The notes under the pieces are model-generated. The model did not search any database and was not told the origin of the DNA. It saw nothing but the letters and a program-made list of their open reading frames with translations. DNA of 63,763 nt, the filler included, from Octopus bimaculoides (taxonomy: Eukaryota): the NCBI RefSeq assembly GCF_001194135.2. It is 6 parts of 4 records of this genome, joined end to end, with 100 filler letters (N's around TTAATTAATTAA, not from the genome) between each part and the next. Parts side by side here need not be neighbours in the genome. Positions count along the whole stretch, not along the records: positions 1 to 31,250 come from NC_068981.1; 5 more parts are not named here. One strand, given 5' to 3'. Of the stretch, positions 11,651 to 25,247 are shown in pieces. The first letter of the stretch is position 1; each line of letters opens with the position of its first letter. The translations under genes and the position numbers were made by a program.

Positions 11651-14600
11651 TTAGCAAGCAGAATAATAAGAAAGCATAAAATACATGATGAACTTTTTCT
11701 CTTTGTTAATATGACTATTTAATTATGTAGCTCTATGAACTAAGTTTAAAGAGTTACTTAAAAAAAACAAAAGAACTTCAGGCATATTTATAATAGAGCT
11801 AAAAGCAATCTCTTCATATTAGGTGGAGTATACATTTTGCCCTGTCGGATATCATTCAACATCTGTTCATCACATGAACAGAGGATAGAATATATGTATA
11901 TTCCTTAAATCATCGCCCTGAAATATTTAGATTTAAGCCTGTCAAAACGCAACACGTGATTTCTCAGAAGCTTTGTTATGACATTACTGTAATACTCTTC
12001 CTAACCAATAATAACCCCTAACAATACATAAAGCATATAATAATTCTATTGTGTAAATAAAACAACCTAAAAACCAATTAGTCCTTATTGTATTTTTCTT
12101 CTAATATTATCATAAAGCAAGCAAACATTCATAAAACGCTTCATGTATCTCTGTTTTTGGCCTATGGGACTATAAATAGCTTATGGTCTCCATTTCTGCG
12201 AAATGTTTCGTTGATAGTATCTGTGATGATTTGAAACATAGGGTCTCAAGTTTCATAATAAGATATAACTAATCTTGTTATAGCGTTAACAATAGTTGGT
12301 GTAATAGAGAATAACGATGTAGTTTACCTATCTATTTTATGATGTCCACTCGGTCGATTAGAGGTTCAGCTTCTGCAAGGAGACAGTTATTTTGTTAATT
12401 GTTGATATATAATATAACGAAACACATGGTTGTATTATCCAGTGAATATCAAAAGATGCTAAACATAATCAATGATGTTCACTAAATGCAGCATCATGGC
12501 TAATTTAATCTGGCGGAATATGAATGAATATAATTAAAGGCAAGTTTCCGTAATTACGCCATAATTCAACATATTGGGTACCAGATGACTACGTAATTTA
12601 GTAATTATGAAATAGACTCACCCACAATTTTGTCATCAGTTATTTTCTTTAGAATATTAATGAAAAAATTTGATAAAATGCTTTATAAGGACTATATTTA
12701 TAGATAACTAAAAAGACAAGGAGTTTATTTGCTATCATTCTACTGTATTACATGACATATAATTACTGACTGGTTTGTTATGTAACTCTGAGTTGCAGCT
12801 TTCATGTAACTATGATGTTCTGCTGCACTGATTGATAAATATACAATTTTTTTTTTGTATAATGCGTCGCATGCATATTAGTGCAGATGTGTACAATAAT
12901 TTGTGATACTCTCAAATTATTATTACACGGTGATGGTTCGAGACAGCTGAAATCATAAGGATGACAAATGGTTAAATAAATATATTTATCTCTCATGCCT
13001 CTTCACTTTTTATGGTTTATGTACTCCATATAAAATTATTTCATCGAACGCATCCCCTGGATTTCAGCTGCATAGAGCTCTGTATTACTATGTGATTTAC
13101 TCACCGGGTCAGTTAGAGGAGGCTTCTATGATAGCCACATGATTCTATGATTCACACACACACACACAAACCCATATGTTATATATATATATATATATNN
13201 NNNNNNNNNNNNNNNNNNNNNNNNNNNNNNNNNNNNNNNNNNNNNNNNNNNNNNNNNNNNNNNNNNNNNNNNNNNNNNNNNNNNNNNNNNNNNNNNNNNN
13301 NNNNNNNNNNNNNNNNNNNNNNNNNNNNNNNNNNNNNNNNNNNNNNNNNNNNNNNNNNNNNNNNNNNNNNNNNNNNNNNNNNNNNNNNNNNNNNNNNNNN
13401 NNNNNNNNNNNNNNNNNNNNNNNNNNNNNNNNNNNNNNNNNNNNNNNNNNNNNNNNNNNNNNNNNNNNNNNNNNNNNNNNNNNNNNNNNNNNNNNNNNNN
13501 NNNNNNNNNNNNNNNNNNNNNNNNNNNNNNNNNNNNNNNNNNNNNNNNNNNNNNNNNNNNNNNNNNNNNNNNNNNNNNNNNNNNNNNNNNNNNNNNNNNN
13601 NNNNNNNNNNNNNNNNNNNNNNNNNNNNNNNNNNNNNNNNNNNNNNNNNNNNNNNNNNNNNNNNNNNNNNNNNNNNNNNNNNNNNNNNNNNNNNNNNNNN
13701 NNNNNNNNNNNNNNNNNNNNNNNNNNNNNNNNNNNNNNNNNNNNNNNNNNNNNNNNNNNNNNNNNNNNNNNNNNNNNNNNNNNNNNNNNNNNNNNNNNNN
13801 NNNNNNNNNNNNNNNNNNNNNNNNNNNNNNNNNNNNNNNNNNNNNNNNNNNNNNTATATATATATATATATCCGATCCTGAAGTCAACAAGTGATATTTA
13901 ATTGTTGCCTAGCGGAAGGATTGTCTTTAGTACAGCAACAGCTGTGAATGTGAATCATCTAGCTGTTGTGTGATCTACCTTGCAGGTAGATACATACGGT
14001 CTCATCTTTCAGAAAACCCAGAACAGATCATCAATTCGCTACATTATTCCGTGGCTTAAAAGTTCTCCAATCGATCTCCTTGCACTGTAATTTTTTTGTT
14101 ATATGCCAATCGGAAATCCAATATAATTCCCCACCTAGAGATTTAACCTAAAGAGTAAAAAAGAATGCGAACATATACCGAAAATTAATCTATCCCGCTC
14201 GGTGTCTCTTCAATACACAGACACATCCACGCATGTATTCATATACATACATGCATGCGTACTTACACCCCCACACATATACACACACATACACATACAT
14301 GTATATATTTTATGCATGTGTTTGTCTGTCCATAAATGTGTATAGTAAGTGGAATGAAAGACAGACAGAAATGAAAGATCTTACACCGAATAAGAAAGGT
14401 GTCACTCAAGAGTTTCTTCACAAGAGAACATTTAGTGCCTATGAATAAAAAAAGAAGAAAACGTGAAAAGAAAGGAAAAGGAAAATGTTCATTGGATGAA
14501 AAAATATGAGTCAGCGTAAGTGTTACAGTTTTTCACAAGAGGTACCGCATGTGTTTTTTTTCTCATGTGTGGAGAATAGATGGATCTTATAGATATTTGA

Positions 14601-14697
14601 GGGCTGATTTGTGAGTAGAAGCTAAGTGTGCTTGATTATTTCATAAAGTATTACCTTTAAATATTTATTGATCACAACAGACAGCGAAGAGCTTGGA

Positions 14698-14734
14698 CGG
14701 CTGTCATGTATTCGGCTGTCATGTATTCGGCTGT
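14698..14734. repeat. 15-bp tandem repeat, ~2.5 copies
   Basis: CGGCTGTCATGTATT x2 plus CGGCTGT. Confidence 0.85.
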
Positions 14735-14875
14735 GAACCCGACTTAATAATGAAAGAAAAAAGCTCATATGACATGAATTATACATACATACATACATGC
14801 ATGCATATATATACATACTATCTCTCTCTCACTCTTTCTCTGTCTCTCTCTCTCTCTCTTTCTTGCTCTCTCTCG

Positions 14876-14913
<38 letters not shown>

Positions 14914-15096
14914 GTATATGTATGTATGTATCGGATTGAGTCATTAAAAAATGCACAAGCTATACCTACTCAATACTCCATTAAGTAGATTAAGTATTTA
15001 CATGCATCAAATAACATTTGGTTTCTAGAGGTAAATCTGTAAAATATGGGTGTATTCACGTTCGAGATATCTGTGATTATGATATATGTATGTGCA

Positions 15097-15168
<72 letters not shown>

Positions 15169-15187
15169 CATATATATATATACATAC

Positions 15188-15261
<74 letters not shown>

Positions 15262-17391
15262 TTATATATTTATGTGCGTATGTATATATACACATAGAAA
15301 TATATAAAGGTTATATGCATACATGTGTGTGTGTGCGTGCGCGCATGTGTATATGTATTTATATATACATATATGAATGAATATTTAAAAGTATGTACTT
15401 CTTTCTGAAATGAGTGTTGTTGAAGTTACAATGAAGTTATTGATATAAAATATAACTGTCGAAAGAGGATTCAAAAAGCGAATTATTTTTATAAATTTTC
15501 AAATTACAAAAACTGAATGTTTTAATAGGCAAATATTATCGACCCTCTTACATCAGTGATATTGCTGCGCTTCGCAAGACAAACGTAGCCAGTGACAGAT
15601 TTTGAGACATGCAATCTGTGAAGAAGACGGAATTGGTAGTTGTTTCTTGTATGGTTTGTAATTGACGTTAATGATAAAGTGAAATGATAAGAAGGAGAAC
15701 GTCTAAAGCATTTAGCCATACTGAAAAAGTGAACTGCGTGCATGTTCAGAGAAGCATCGGCCATTGTACTGGAAAGGGAGAAAGAACGCTACGTCTTCGA
15801 AAGAATGTTGTGACGCATTAGCGAGTGAGTGCATTCCATTTTTATAAGCGGGAAGTTTGGTTGCAGGTCCAGATGTCTGCATGTGTACTAGAATCATCAC
15901 CCTGTATCTCAAACTATCACATTTCCGAAAAATGCTAGGCTCTATATTTTCCGTTAGAATTTCCTCTTGATCAAACATTCCTCACATTGCAAAACTGGTT
16001 AAAAACAAATGCGTGTTTAATTTTTCAATGTCAGAAAATACTTTAATCCTAAACAGCTGCTAATCCTATATAAAGCGTAAATATACCCAACATTACTAAA
16101 GAACTGATCACATATCTGGGCTGAAGCAAACGCACCTCTCATGCACGCATTCATGCAAATATTGTAGACTGCAACCGCAAAACAAAGAAAGTTCCCTCAC
16201 TGGTAAACAAGATATTACACACTAACATTCATTGATTTACCAACGAGCTGTGTACTCTCTATGTGATTTCAGCTGCGTCTACAACTATATAGGATTGTTG
16301 ACTGAAAACTGTTTCTTCTTAAACCAACAGTTTCTTCGTTTTCTGTCCATTCTCGTGTGGTTCTATTTATCCAATTCTGTGAGAATTCCCTGTATGTCAA
16401 GTTTTTTCATGTTTTCTTTAAAGTTAATAATCTACAAGAATTGAAATTGCACAGCAGGAACCATATTTAGCTCTCACAACATTCTATTCCAGAACATTTT
16501 GGTAACTAGTACATGTATGTAATTGTGTGTGGATATTCAGTATATATGAAAATGCGGCGTTAATTGTAGATATTCATTAAAAAAAATATCGACCATACTC
16601 AAAACAATTGTTCATCATTTAGTAAACACAGCATTGCATATTTGTCGCAATAGCTTTACTTGATTTGTTTCATCATATTGATGGTAGTTGGAACCTGAAT
16701 TATCAAATTTGCTGTCATTATACAAACTAGTAAATCTACCCATCTACGATGGAGGCATAAAATGAGGAAGGTAAGTCATAACAGCAGTATGTATTGAGAA
16801 ATGTGTAAATGGACTTGATAAATTACTGGGCGATGTTTCAGAGAAATCACATTATTGTTGGTGATACAGCATTCTATTGCAGCTGTATGACATGTTTGCG
16901 ACTAAGTGACGCGATGAATATTCATTCCCGAACTGAAATAGGCTTTCAGCCTCTGTATCATGAGTAGTTATGTGGACTACTCCTAACGAAAGCCAGTGCT
17001 TCCTTCGACCACTACATAAAAAGTATTAAGAAAAAAATGTTATTTAGGTATACTTTTATTTTAGTTGTTTACACTATTTTACACTTGTTTATACTCTTAT
17101 ACATTCAAAGTTCACAAATTTCCTTATCTAAATTATGAATCATATTCCATTCAATAATATCAATATGATTACAAAACTTCTTTGTAGATGATATGTTCTG
17201 TTTGGTCGGCACTAATTTTCAAATTACTAGAGTTCGTTGTACTACTCACAAGCGACGTGTAACTGGCCGTTTGTAAACATCGGAGTGGGTAAAGATACAC
17301 CTACGCGATCTAAAGTCAGTCCCTTTGCCTTGTTCGCTGAGAATGCGCGAGCCGAATCTTTAGGGTTGCAAAAAATCAAACTAAGACTTAC

Positions 17392-17457
17392 CTCTCACTG
17401 TTCGATGAGAATAATGTCTGGTTGTTCTGGTACCATGGTTTATTTTGATTGACAAAA
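17392..17457 (-). CDS. Candidate 66-bp internal exon (FVNQNKPWYQNNQTLFSSNSE in phase 2)
   Basis: Acceptor gttgtttacatctcag and donor GAG|gtaagt; two of three frames are open. Could instead be a UTR exon. Confidence 0.35.
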
Positions 17458-18838
17458 CTGAGATGTAAACAACGGCCGGTTCGATTAGCCGTTTCGAATC
17501 CTGCTCGAGACTGATACACTTCAATAACCACTAAATAATCGCACGCACTATATACTGACACACACTTTTTCCATTTTATTTTCGCTATTAACCGTCCTCG
17601 TATCTACAATGGGCTCACGAACTATACGATGAAAATCCAGAGTTACTCATGGTCGGTAAATTTTTAATAAAAATGCGAATGTAGTTTATCAATTAAAAAA
17701 TTGATATGCACGAAATAATCATACATTCTGATTGTTTTATACTAAAAACCTCCCTAACGACCATCTTTCTAATTCTGAAAAATATCGTAACCATTGATCC
17801 AGCCGTCTGGCCGTGAAGAGGGAAACTAGAAAGAGACGGATATAACGCTCATTATAGTAAGATAATATCGCCATATGTGAAATCATCTGCATGTTTCATG
17901 TAATTTTATGTTATTAGAAGGAGTTTATCGTTAAACGATTTTTAACTCCTGATGACGTTTTATCGGTTATAACATTTTCCCCATGATGCATTACTACATC
18001 CCACACAGTACGTCAACATCATAATACTAGCATATCTTCATTCAGAAAAATGAGACGAAAATGTTTTGAAATATTACGAAGCTTCATTTGGAAACTAACT
18101 AATCAGAAAACAACTTTAGGAATAACAAAACATATCATATATATGTGGATATAAGTACTTAGAAATACGTAACTTGTACCGTCGAAATGAGACAATTGAG
18201 CGCAGGTGTTGATGATGCGACACGGCTGATTAGACACAAGTTGTGGAAGATACAAGTTAGCGATTCAGAAACAAACAAAGACCGTTATTTTGACTTATAC
18301 ATTTATTTGTAATATGGCGTCAAAATTTTCGCAATTCGAAACTACTTGCGTGTCACTGATAAAAAAAAACAAAAACAAAAAAAAAAACTCTGCTCCTTCT
18401 GCAGAACGAAATTGAAGAGAAGAAAACTACGGAGACTATTTTAGACAGAATTAATAAGATTTCACACATTTTCAAAATTATACTGAAATGTTTTATTTGC
18501 GGGCCGGAGAGGTGGAGTCCGTTAATAAAGAATTTGTTTTGTTTTGAATTGATAACAGGTTCATTTAACTTTAGTGCATTCATATTTTTAAATTTCACAT
18601 CTCGGAAGCTGAATGTATTTCGACAAATGAAGTACCAAGGTTATAGCTATCGCAAAGATGTTATGAGTGCAATTTTAGTGCGATTGTTACCCAACACGTT
18701 TCAGCTTCTATTCTATCTTTCCTGCTCTCTTTTGTCATTCAGTGTTATTTTCGCTAGCAAAACATGAGTTAAATAGCTTTCATAATTCATTGATGGCGAA
18801 GATGCCGATGGTGCACTGCAGTTGCTGCTGCTGCTGCA

Positions 18839-18878
<40 letters not shown>

Positions 18879-18890
18879 ATACTACTACTA

Positions 18891-19080
18891 CTAAAGGCAC
18901 AAGGCTTGAAATTTTGGGGCGGGACTTAATCGATTTCATCGACCCCAGTGTTTCATTGGTACTTAATTTATCGACCCCGACAGAATGACCTCGGCGGAAT
19001 TTGAACTCAGAACGTAAACACGGACGAAACACCGCTAAGCATTTTGTTCGGTGTGCTAACGATTCTACCAGCACGCCGCC

Positions 19081-19082
<2 letters not shown>
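18891..19082 (-). mobile_element. SINE family B, full length, followed by (AAT)n and a second 3' fragment (~19176-19320)
   Basis: Reverse-complement core plus head ...CTAACGATTCTACCAGCACGCCGCCTT. Confidence 0.85.
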
Positions 19083-19152
<70 letters not shown>

Positions 19153-19421
19153 CTGCTGATGATGATGATGATAATCCTTTCTACTAAAGGCACGTGGCCT
19201 GTATTAATAATAATTCTTTCCACTATAGGCACAAGACTTGAAATTTGAGGAAAGGGTAAGTCGATTATATCTGCCCCAGTACTCAACTGGTACTTAATTT
19301 ATCTATGCCGAAGGTAAAATCGGACAGAACTTGCGAGAATCCGTATATCGCAGAGAGTAGTAGTAGCATGGTGCAGTATATCACCAAAAGGTTTAATTGA
19401 ACCATTCTTTTATGATGGTAC

Positions 19422-19478
19422 TTTTACCTGTCTTACTTACTTTGACCTGTCTTACTTACTTTGACCTGTCTTACTTAC
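19422..19478. repeat. 19-bp tandem repeat x3
   Basis: TTT(G/T)ACCTGTCTTACTTAC x3. Confidence 0.9.
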
Positions 19479-19529
19479 TCGAACTTGCAACGACAGTCTA
19501 TCAGACAAAGCGCATTCAAGAGGGCTTTA

Positions 19530-19705
19530 AATATGTGGTGTCTTATTTCCAAAAGAACGGGACACTTCCACACTACATGATAGTGTGGCGAGATTTTGTC
19601 AAGCAGGTAGATTGGACTAAGAGGTTCAGTAGAGTACACCCACTCCGTTCACTAGTAATTTTTATGGAGTTACTTAAACGATAAATCTTACGCAGACGAG
19701 AATTT
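19530..19705 (+). pseudogene. Degraded Tc1/mariner-superfamily (DD37D/maT-like) transposase C-terminal fragment
   Basis: YFQKNGTLPHY resembles FQQDGAPPHY; a downstream shifted frame FLWSYLNDKSY resembles FLWGYLKDKVY. Confidence 0.55.
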
Positions 19706-20715
19706 TTTGCTAGTAGTTTAAATGGGATCTCATTTGCGGTTGTAATAAACCCAAAAGTGTTTGTTGTAATGACATAGATGAATTGTGGTTTCAATGAAAC
19801 ATTTAATATATATTGCCATATTGCTCTATTTATAACATGCAGTACTTGTTGATGATAACATAGAGACTATGTCTAACACCCAGTTATTGTGAAGAAACTG
19901 AGTCTAGCCTTCTAGTACTGGATTCTTTTTAATAATAAAATGAAGAATGTATATTCAACAACCAACACTTGTTATCAATTAGCAGAGGTTGCTCATACAC
20001 TTAATTGTGAAAATTAACATGAAGACTATATTTCGAACACCAATGTCATAGAAATTATAATTTCAACAAGCAACTCTACTTAGCAGTTGTATAGAGAAAG
20101 CGTCTAACACCTGAAAGTTGTTAACAATAACGCGGAGACTAATTTATAACGCCCTTGACTTGTTAATAATAACAACATATAATCTTTTAGCACCCAGCTC
20201 TTATTTACGATAATCAGGAGCCTGCAATCCTGACAAGTAACTCTTGTTAACAATCCCATGAAGATTACTTCTAATAGAGAGCACGTGTGAACAATATTAT
20301 AGTGAATAGATTTAAGATTCAGCTCCTGTTAGTAATAGACATTGCATATTTAACACAGAGTATTTCTTAAGAATAACATGGTGACTAAAATTTTAACACT
20401 AATATATTGTTAATGATAACAGAAGATTATGATAATACGAAACATCTTTTGCAAACAATAGCATGGAAACTGCATCTAAGACCCTGTCGTTCTTAGAAAT
20501 GATATTGCGTTTAGTACGCTAATGTACAAATATCGAGAAATATGTAAAGTCTTAACGATGTGTCTGAAAGTGAATTTTTCTATAAATAATTACTTACAAT
20601 GTATAGGGTTAAAAACATGTTGGATGGAAATAGGGTTTTGTAATCCAATGTATTAAAGGCTAAGATTTATAGCTGAATTCGCTCCGAGACATCGTTAATA
20701 AGGACCTATTTAAAT

Positions 20716-20932
20716 AATCCTTTTTTACTATAAGTACAAAACTTGGAAATTGTGGAGAAGGGTATAGTTGATCACATCGACTGCTGTAGTTGACTGGTAC
20801 TTATTTTGTCTACCCGAAAAGATAAAAGGCAAAGTGGACCTTGACGCAATTTGAATTCAGAAAGTGAAAACGGACGAAATGTCGCTCATCATTTTGACTG
20901 GCGTGTTAATGATTCTGCCAGCTCGCCGCCTT
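20716..20932 (-). mobile_element. SINE family B
   Basis: GACTGGTACTTATTTTG...AAAGGCAAAGTGGACC...GATTCTGCCAGCTCGCCGCCTT. Confidence 0.8.
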
Positions 20933-20999
20933 GACCTATTTAAATATTAACAGCATATTTCTAACACCAGATATCAGTTAGCAATAACATGGAAACTAC

Positions 21000-21040
21000 T
21001 TGTAACATACAGCCCTTGCATCGAGGGCTGTATGTTACAA
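21000..21040. other. Perfect inverted repeat, 17-bp stem and 7-nt loop
   Basis: TTGTAACATACAGCCCT-TGCATCG-AGGGCTGTATGTTACAA. Confidence 0.9.
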
Positions 21041-22314
21041 AACTAACATCAGTTTTGTATCACATGTAGAATTCTTGATAACAATAACTTAGGGAGTAAT
21101 TCTGATATTCAGTTCTTCTTAATTATATGCAGATTGTTTATTACAATTGTGTGCTGAAGATAGCAAACAGGCTATTTAATACACGGAATCCATTGTTAAC
21201 ATTGACATCAATTCGATTTCGCAAATCTCACTCCTGCAAAAAAAAATAAAAATTTATAATTACAGATCTCATCTTTTGCAAAAATACATAAATAAATAAA
21301 AATAAAAAGATATATATAAATAAATGAAAGTATTAAAGAAAGAACTGAGAATATTGAGAAACAAATAGTCCCTGCTATACATAACTTGAATATGTATTCA
21401 TCACATGGAAATATTGCGTACTTAATATAGTAGCTGTTCATAACATCTAACATACACTTAAGATTATATCCACAGTATCTATGGCAACTTACGTTTTATA
21501 AATCATAATTAAGTTGTAATATCGGACACTCGCTGAAATTATTATAGCTACAATACCAGTTAGTTATAGTTATCATTAAAAAAGGCTGTTTATATTATAA
21601 CTATTGTAGTTAGTTCCTTATATCAACAATGAGGTAGGATCTGTGACATGCAGCTCGCCAAAATGGGAATGTTATCTACAGCTATATCATATAGTAGCGG
21701 ATAACATTGAAACAAAACACTATTAAAAGATAAACAATTTGTTAATTGAACCAACTGTCAAGAATGAACGAGAGCTGCGAAAGTAGGTATACAATAAGGA
21801 TTATAACAGTATTATTAGAGGGGTGCTAGAATTAATTTAATACTAGAATTCATTTAATTCATTAAAACCATTACTACTATTTTTAAGATTTCTATTTTCA
21901 CAATCTTTTTCTGTAATACGTCTGTTATTTGCAGGTAAAGTGGAAATTCAATAACAACTAGTAATTTAACAAAGGCGTATGCATGGGTGTCCACACTAGA
22001 CTAGTGGAGTGTGTGAATACTGGAGGCAAAGAATTTGAATATTTGTGAGTTTATTTTTGATATATTTGTATAATCAATAAAGTACATTTTGTGTGCAGGC
22101 TTTGTTTTTCATTATTTTTGCAGCCCTCTGAATATTGCAAATAGGCTTATCCTATTCAATTAAGCTTTTAGCTGTGATGGGTTTATAGGTAGTGCCTCAG
22201 TAGAGCATTGATGATGAAATACCTACCCAAGATTGAAATTAGCACGGCTGAATCCTCTATATGAGCCTATTTAAAGAGGTGTGTGTATATATGTATGTAT
22301 GTGTGTGTGTGTGT

Positions 22315-22557
22315 AGGAGTGGCTGTGTGGTAAGTAGCTTCCTTACTAACCACATGGTTCCGGGTTCAGTCCCACTGCGTGGCACCTTGGGCAAGTGTTT
22401 TCTACTATAGCCTCGGGCCGACCAAAGTCTTGTGAGTGGATTTGGTAGACTGAAACGTGTATATGTGTCTGTGTTTGTCCCCTCAACATCGCTTGACAAC
22501 CGATGCTAGTGTGTTTACGACCCCGTAACTTAGCGGTTCGGCAAAAGAGACCGATGT
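22315..22557 (+). mobile_element. SINE family A, internally deleted and 3' truncated
   Basis: GGAGTGGCTGTGTGGTAAGTAGCTT...GGGTTCAGTCCCACTGCGTGGCACCTTGGGCAAG...CGGTTCGGCAAAAGAGACCGAT. Confidence 0.9.
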
Positions 22558-23824
22558 ATATTTTTCGAAACAACACACGAAAACATTCGGACCTTGAGTT
22601 ACTCTGTTGCCTCTGTTAAATGTTTATATANNNNNNNNNNGAATTCTGTGGAGAATACAGGGTTGAGATTATAATCATCAGAAGGTCTGAGAATTGTAGC
22701 CCGTGATCATAAGGACAGTGTAAGGTCATGTACCATTCATCGGGTGAAGAAAAGAACATCGTGGAGACAGTAACGTATATGATTCCAAGAACCTTATTCA
22801 GCTATTTGCTGACGCTCTTTAACATTTAATTCAAGTTATTCTCGCAGTGTGTTGGTGAGTTCCAATGTTACAGTCAATGTTACTTGCCCAAAGTAGCTAC
22901 GATGTCGGATCGAACCCGAAAGCACATAGTTTCGGAGCAAGCTTTTAAACCTGGAAGCTATGTCTGAATGTTGAAGTTTGTAAAATTGAAATACGTAATT
23001 AGATAAAGAATTGTAGACAGCGAAGAAATAAGCAGAGAGAAAAGTAGAACATTTTCTTTCAAATGTGTACAGTTTATTCTTATTATTACTTTTTTTTTAT
23101 AGGGTTTCTCCTTTTTTATTGTTAGTAAGATGGAAAATTTAATTAGCACTACATAGAGACGAACTTCTACACACGCACAAAAGAGAAAAAATACTCATAA
23201 ATTTTCTGATATATAAATATACAAACAGGTTCTACTGTCAAAATTCAAAAATATAAAACAACATGTGTTTACGAAACAAATAAAAGAAATGGAGACAGCA
23301 CTTTCGAAAATGTTATATTTGGATAAAATAAAAATAAAAATGTAGAAAACCTCTTGCTATCAACCACGAATAGATTTCTACACCACATGGTACAAATATG
23401 TTGCAGGGTGAAATACCAGCAGAGACAAATTTTGGTCTCATCGGTGAACTATTTTAAAGATGTTGGTTTTCATAGCTTCGTTCTAGCCAATGTATTCTTC
23501 AGTTTTTAACTTTGGAATTTGTTATATGCTGATTTCTTCTTTTGCGAAATAAGATGGTTCTGCCATCCTTTTATCATGGGAATTGCAAAGGTATTATATT
23601 TTATTAGACAAGCTGGAGGTAAATGAATATGAAGGATAGGCATTTGTTCGTTGGTAATTGAGTGCATAGCTCTCTAGGCTTAAAAGAAAGTAAGCGTTCG
23701 TTCTCATAGCATTAAACCTATTTAATGTTTTCTTGAAATCTGCTCAGGTTTCCGAATGTAATGCAAACAGCTTGAATATGTTTGCCTACATGCATGTATT
23801 TATGTATGTTGATATAATTACACG

Positions 23825-23876
<52 letters not shown>

Positions 23877-23887
23877 CTTCAGTGCAC

Positions 23888-23919
<32 letters not shown>

Positions 23920-24930
23920 NNNNNNNNNNNNNNNNNNNNNNNNNNNNNNNNNNNNNNNNNNNNNNNNNNNNNNNNNNNNNNNNNNNNNNNNNNNNNNNNN
24001 NNNNNNNNNNNNNNNNNNNNNNNNNNNNNNNNNNNNNNNNNNNNNNNNNNNNNNNNNNNNNNNNNNNNNNNNNNNNNNNNNNNNNNNNNNNNNNNNNNNN
24101 NNNNNNNNNNNNNNNNNNNNNNNNNNNNNNNNNNNNNNNNNNNNNNNNNNNNNNNNNNNNNNNNNNNNNNNNNNNNNNNNNNNNNNNNNNNNNNNNNNNN
24201 NNNNNNNNNNNNNNNNNNNNNNNNNNNNNNNNNNNNNNNNNNNNNNNNNNNNNNNNNNNNNNNNNNNNNNNNNNNNNNNNNNNNNNNNNNNNNNNNNNNN
24301 NNNNNNNNNNNNNNNNNNNNNNNNNNNNNNNNNNNNNNNNNNNNNNNNNNNNNNNNNNNNNNNNNNNNNNNNNNNNNNNNNNNNNNNNNNNNNNNNNNNN
24401 NNNNNNNNNNNNNNNNNNNNNNNNNNNNNNNNNNNNNNNNNNNNNNNNNNNNNNNNNNNNNNNNNNNNNNNNNNNNNNNNNNNNNNNNNNNNNNNNNNNN
24501 NNNNNNNNNNNNNNNNNNNNNNNNNNNNNNNNNNNNNNNNNNNNNNNNNNNNNNNNNNNNNNNNNNNNNNNNNNNNNNNNNNNNNNNNNNNNNNNNNNNN
24601 NNNNNNNNNNNNNNNNNNNNNNNNNNNNNNNNNNNNNNNNNNNNNNNNNNNNNNNNNNNNNNNNNNNNNNNNNNNNNNNNNNNNNNNNNNNNNNNNNNNN
24701 NNNNNNNNNNNNNNNNNNNNNNNNNNNNNNNNNNNNNNNNNNNNNNNNNNNNNNNNNNNNNNNNNNNNNNNNNNNNNNNNNNNNNNNNNNNNNNNNNNNN
24801 NNNNNNNNNNNNNNNNNNNNNNNNNNNNNNNNNNNNNNNNNNNNNNNNNNNNNNNNNNNNNNNNNNNNNNNNNNNNNNNNNNNNNNNNNNNNNNNNNNNN
24901 NNNNNNNNNNNTGTGTGTGTGTGTGTGTGT

Positions 24931-25025
24931 GGAGTCGCTATGGCACAGAAGTTAGGGCAGCGAACTCGCAGTCGCAGGATCGCGGTTTCGATTCCCAGAC
25001 CAGGCTTTGTGAGTGTTTATTGAGC
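24931..25025 (+). mobile_element. tRNA-derived SINE head (family C)
   Basis: A-box-like TGGCACAGAAGTTAGG and B-box-like GGTTTCGATTCCC; degenerate cloverleaf, truncated. Confidence 0.55.
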
Positions 25026-25029
25026 TGGG

Positions 25030-25247
25030 AACCAGTATCGCAGCGATGATGTCGTCATATCTGCTGCTGTTGACTTTGAAGAACCGGATGAAAGATTCTT
25101 CATCAACGGTGTCCAATCATTGCAACACCGATGAAATGAAGTGTGTGGACCGCAAGGTGGGGGGGATATTTTGAAGAATTAAACCTTATTTGGTCATATA
25201 CTATGAGAGTATTTTGGTCAGCGTATGGACATTTTCGCCGCCCCTCG
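25030..25247 (+). mobile_element. Mariner transposase C-terminus plus 3' TIR remnant
   Basis: SDDVVISAAVDFEEPDERFFINGVQSLQHR, then frameshifted KCVDRK (mariner end RWxKCVxxxGDYVEK). TIR-like GGTCAGCGTATGGACATTTTCGCCGCCCCTCG. Confidence 0.75.

Larger units (their letters stand above)
19846..21110. repeat. Degenerate ~41-bp minisatellite interrupted by a SINE
   Basis: Units resembling TTGTTAATAATAACATGGAGACTATATCTAACACCCAGCTC start at ~19846, 19887, 19926, 19969, 20118, 20160, 20201, 20244 and 20285; the pattern resumes after ~20935. Confidence 0.65.

Noticed and set aside
13900-14147. Minus-strand segment GGELYWISDW...SVLG after a strong acceptor
   Set aside because: Stops in all frames; equally compatible with a decayed CR1/L2 RT, so not assignable.
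15522-15994. Overlapping minus-strand ORFs of 88 and 80 aa after an acceptor
   Set aside because: No recognisable domain, and all three frames from the acceptor hit early stops.
19422-19478. CRISPR-like repeat array
   Set aside because: Contiguous repeats with no spacers, in eukaryotic context.
24931-25010. tRNA gene calls for tRNA-like heads here and at 30105-30238
   Set aside because: Incomplete cloverleaves with SINE-like context; not functional tRNA genes.
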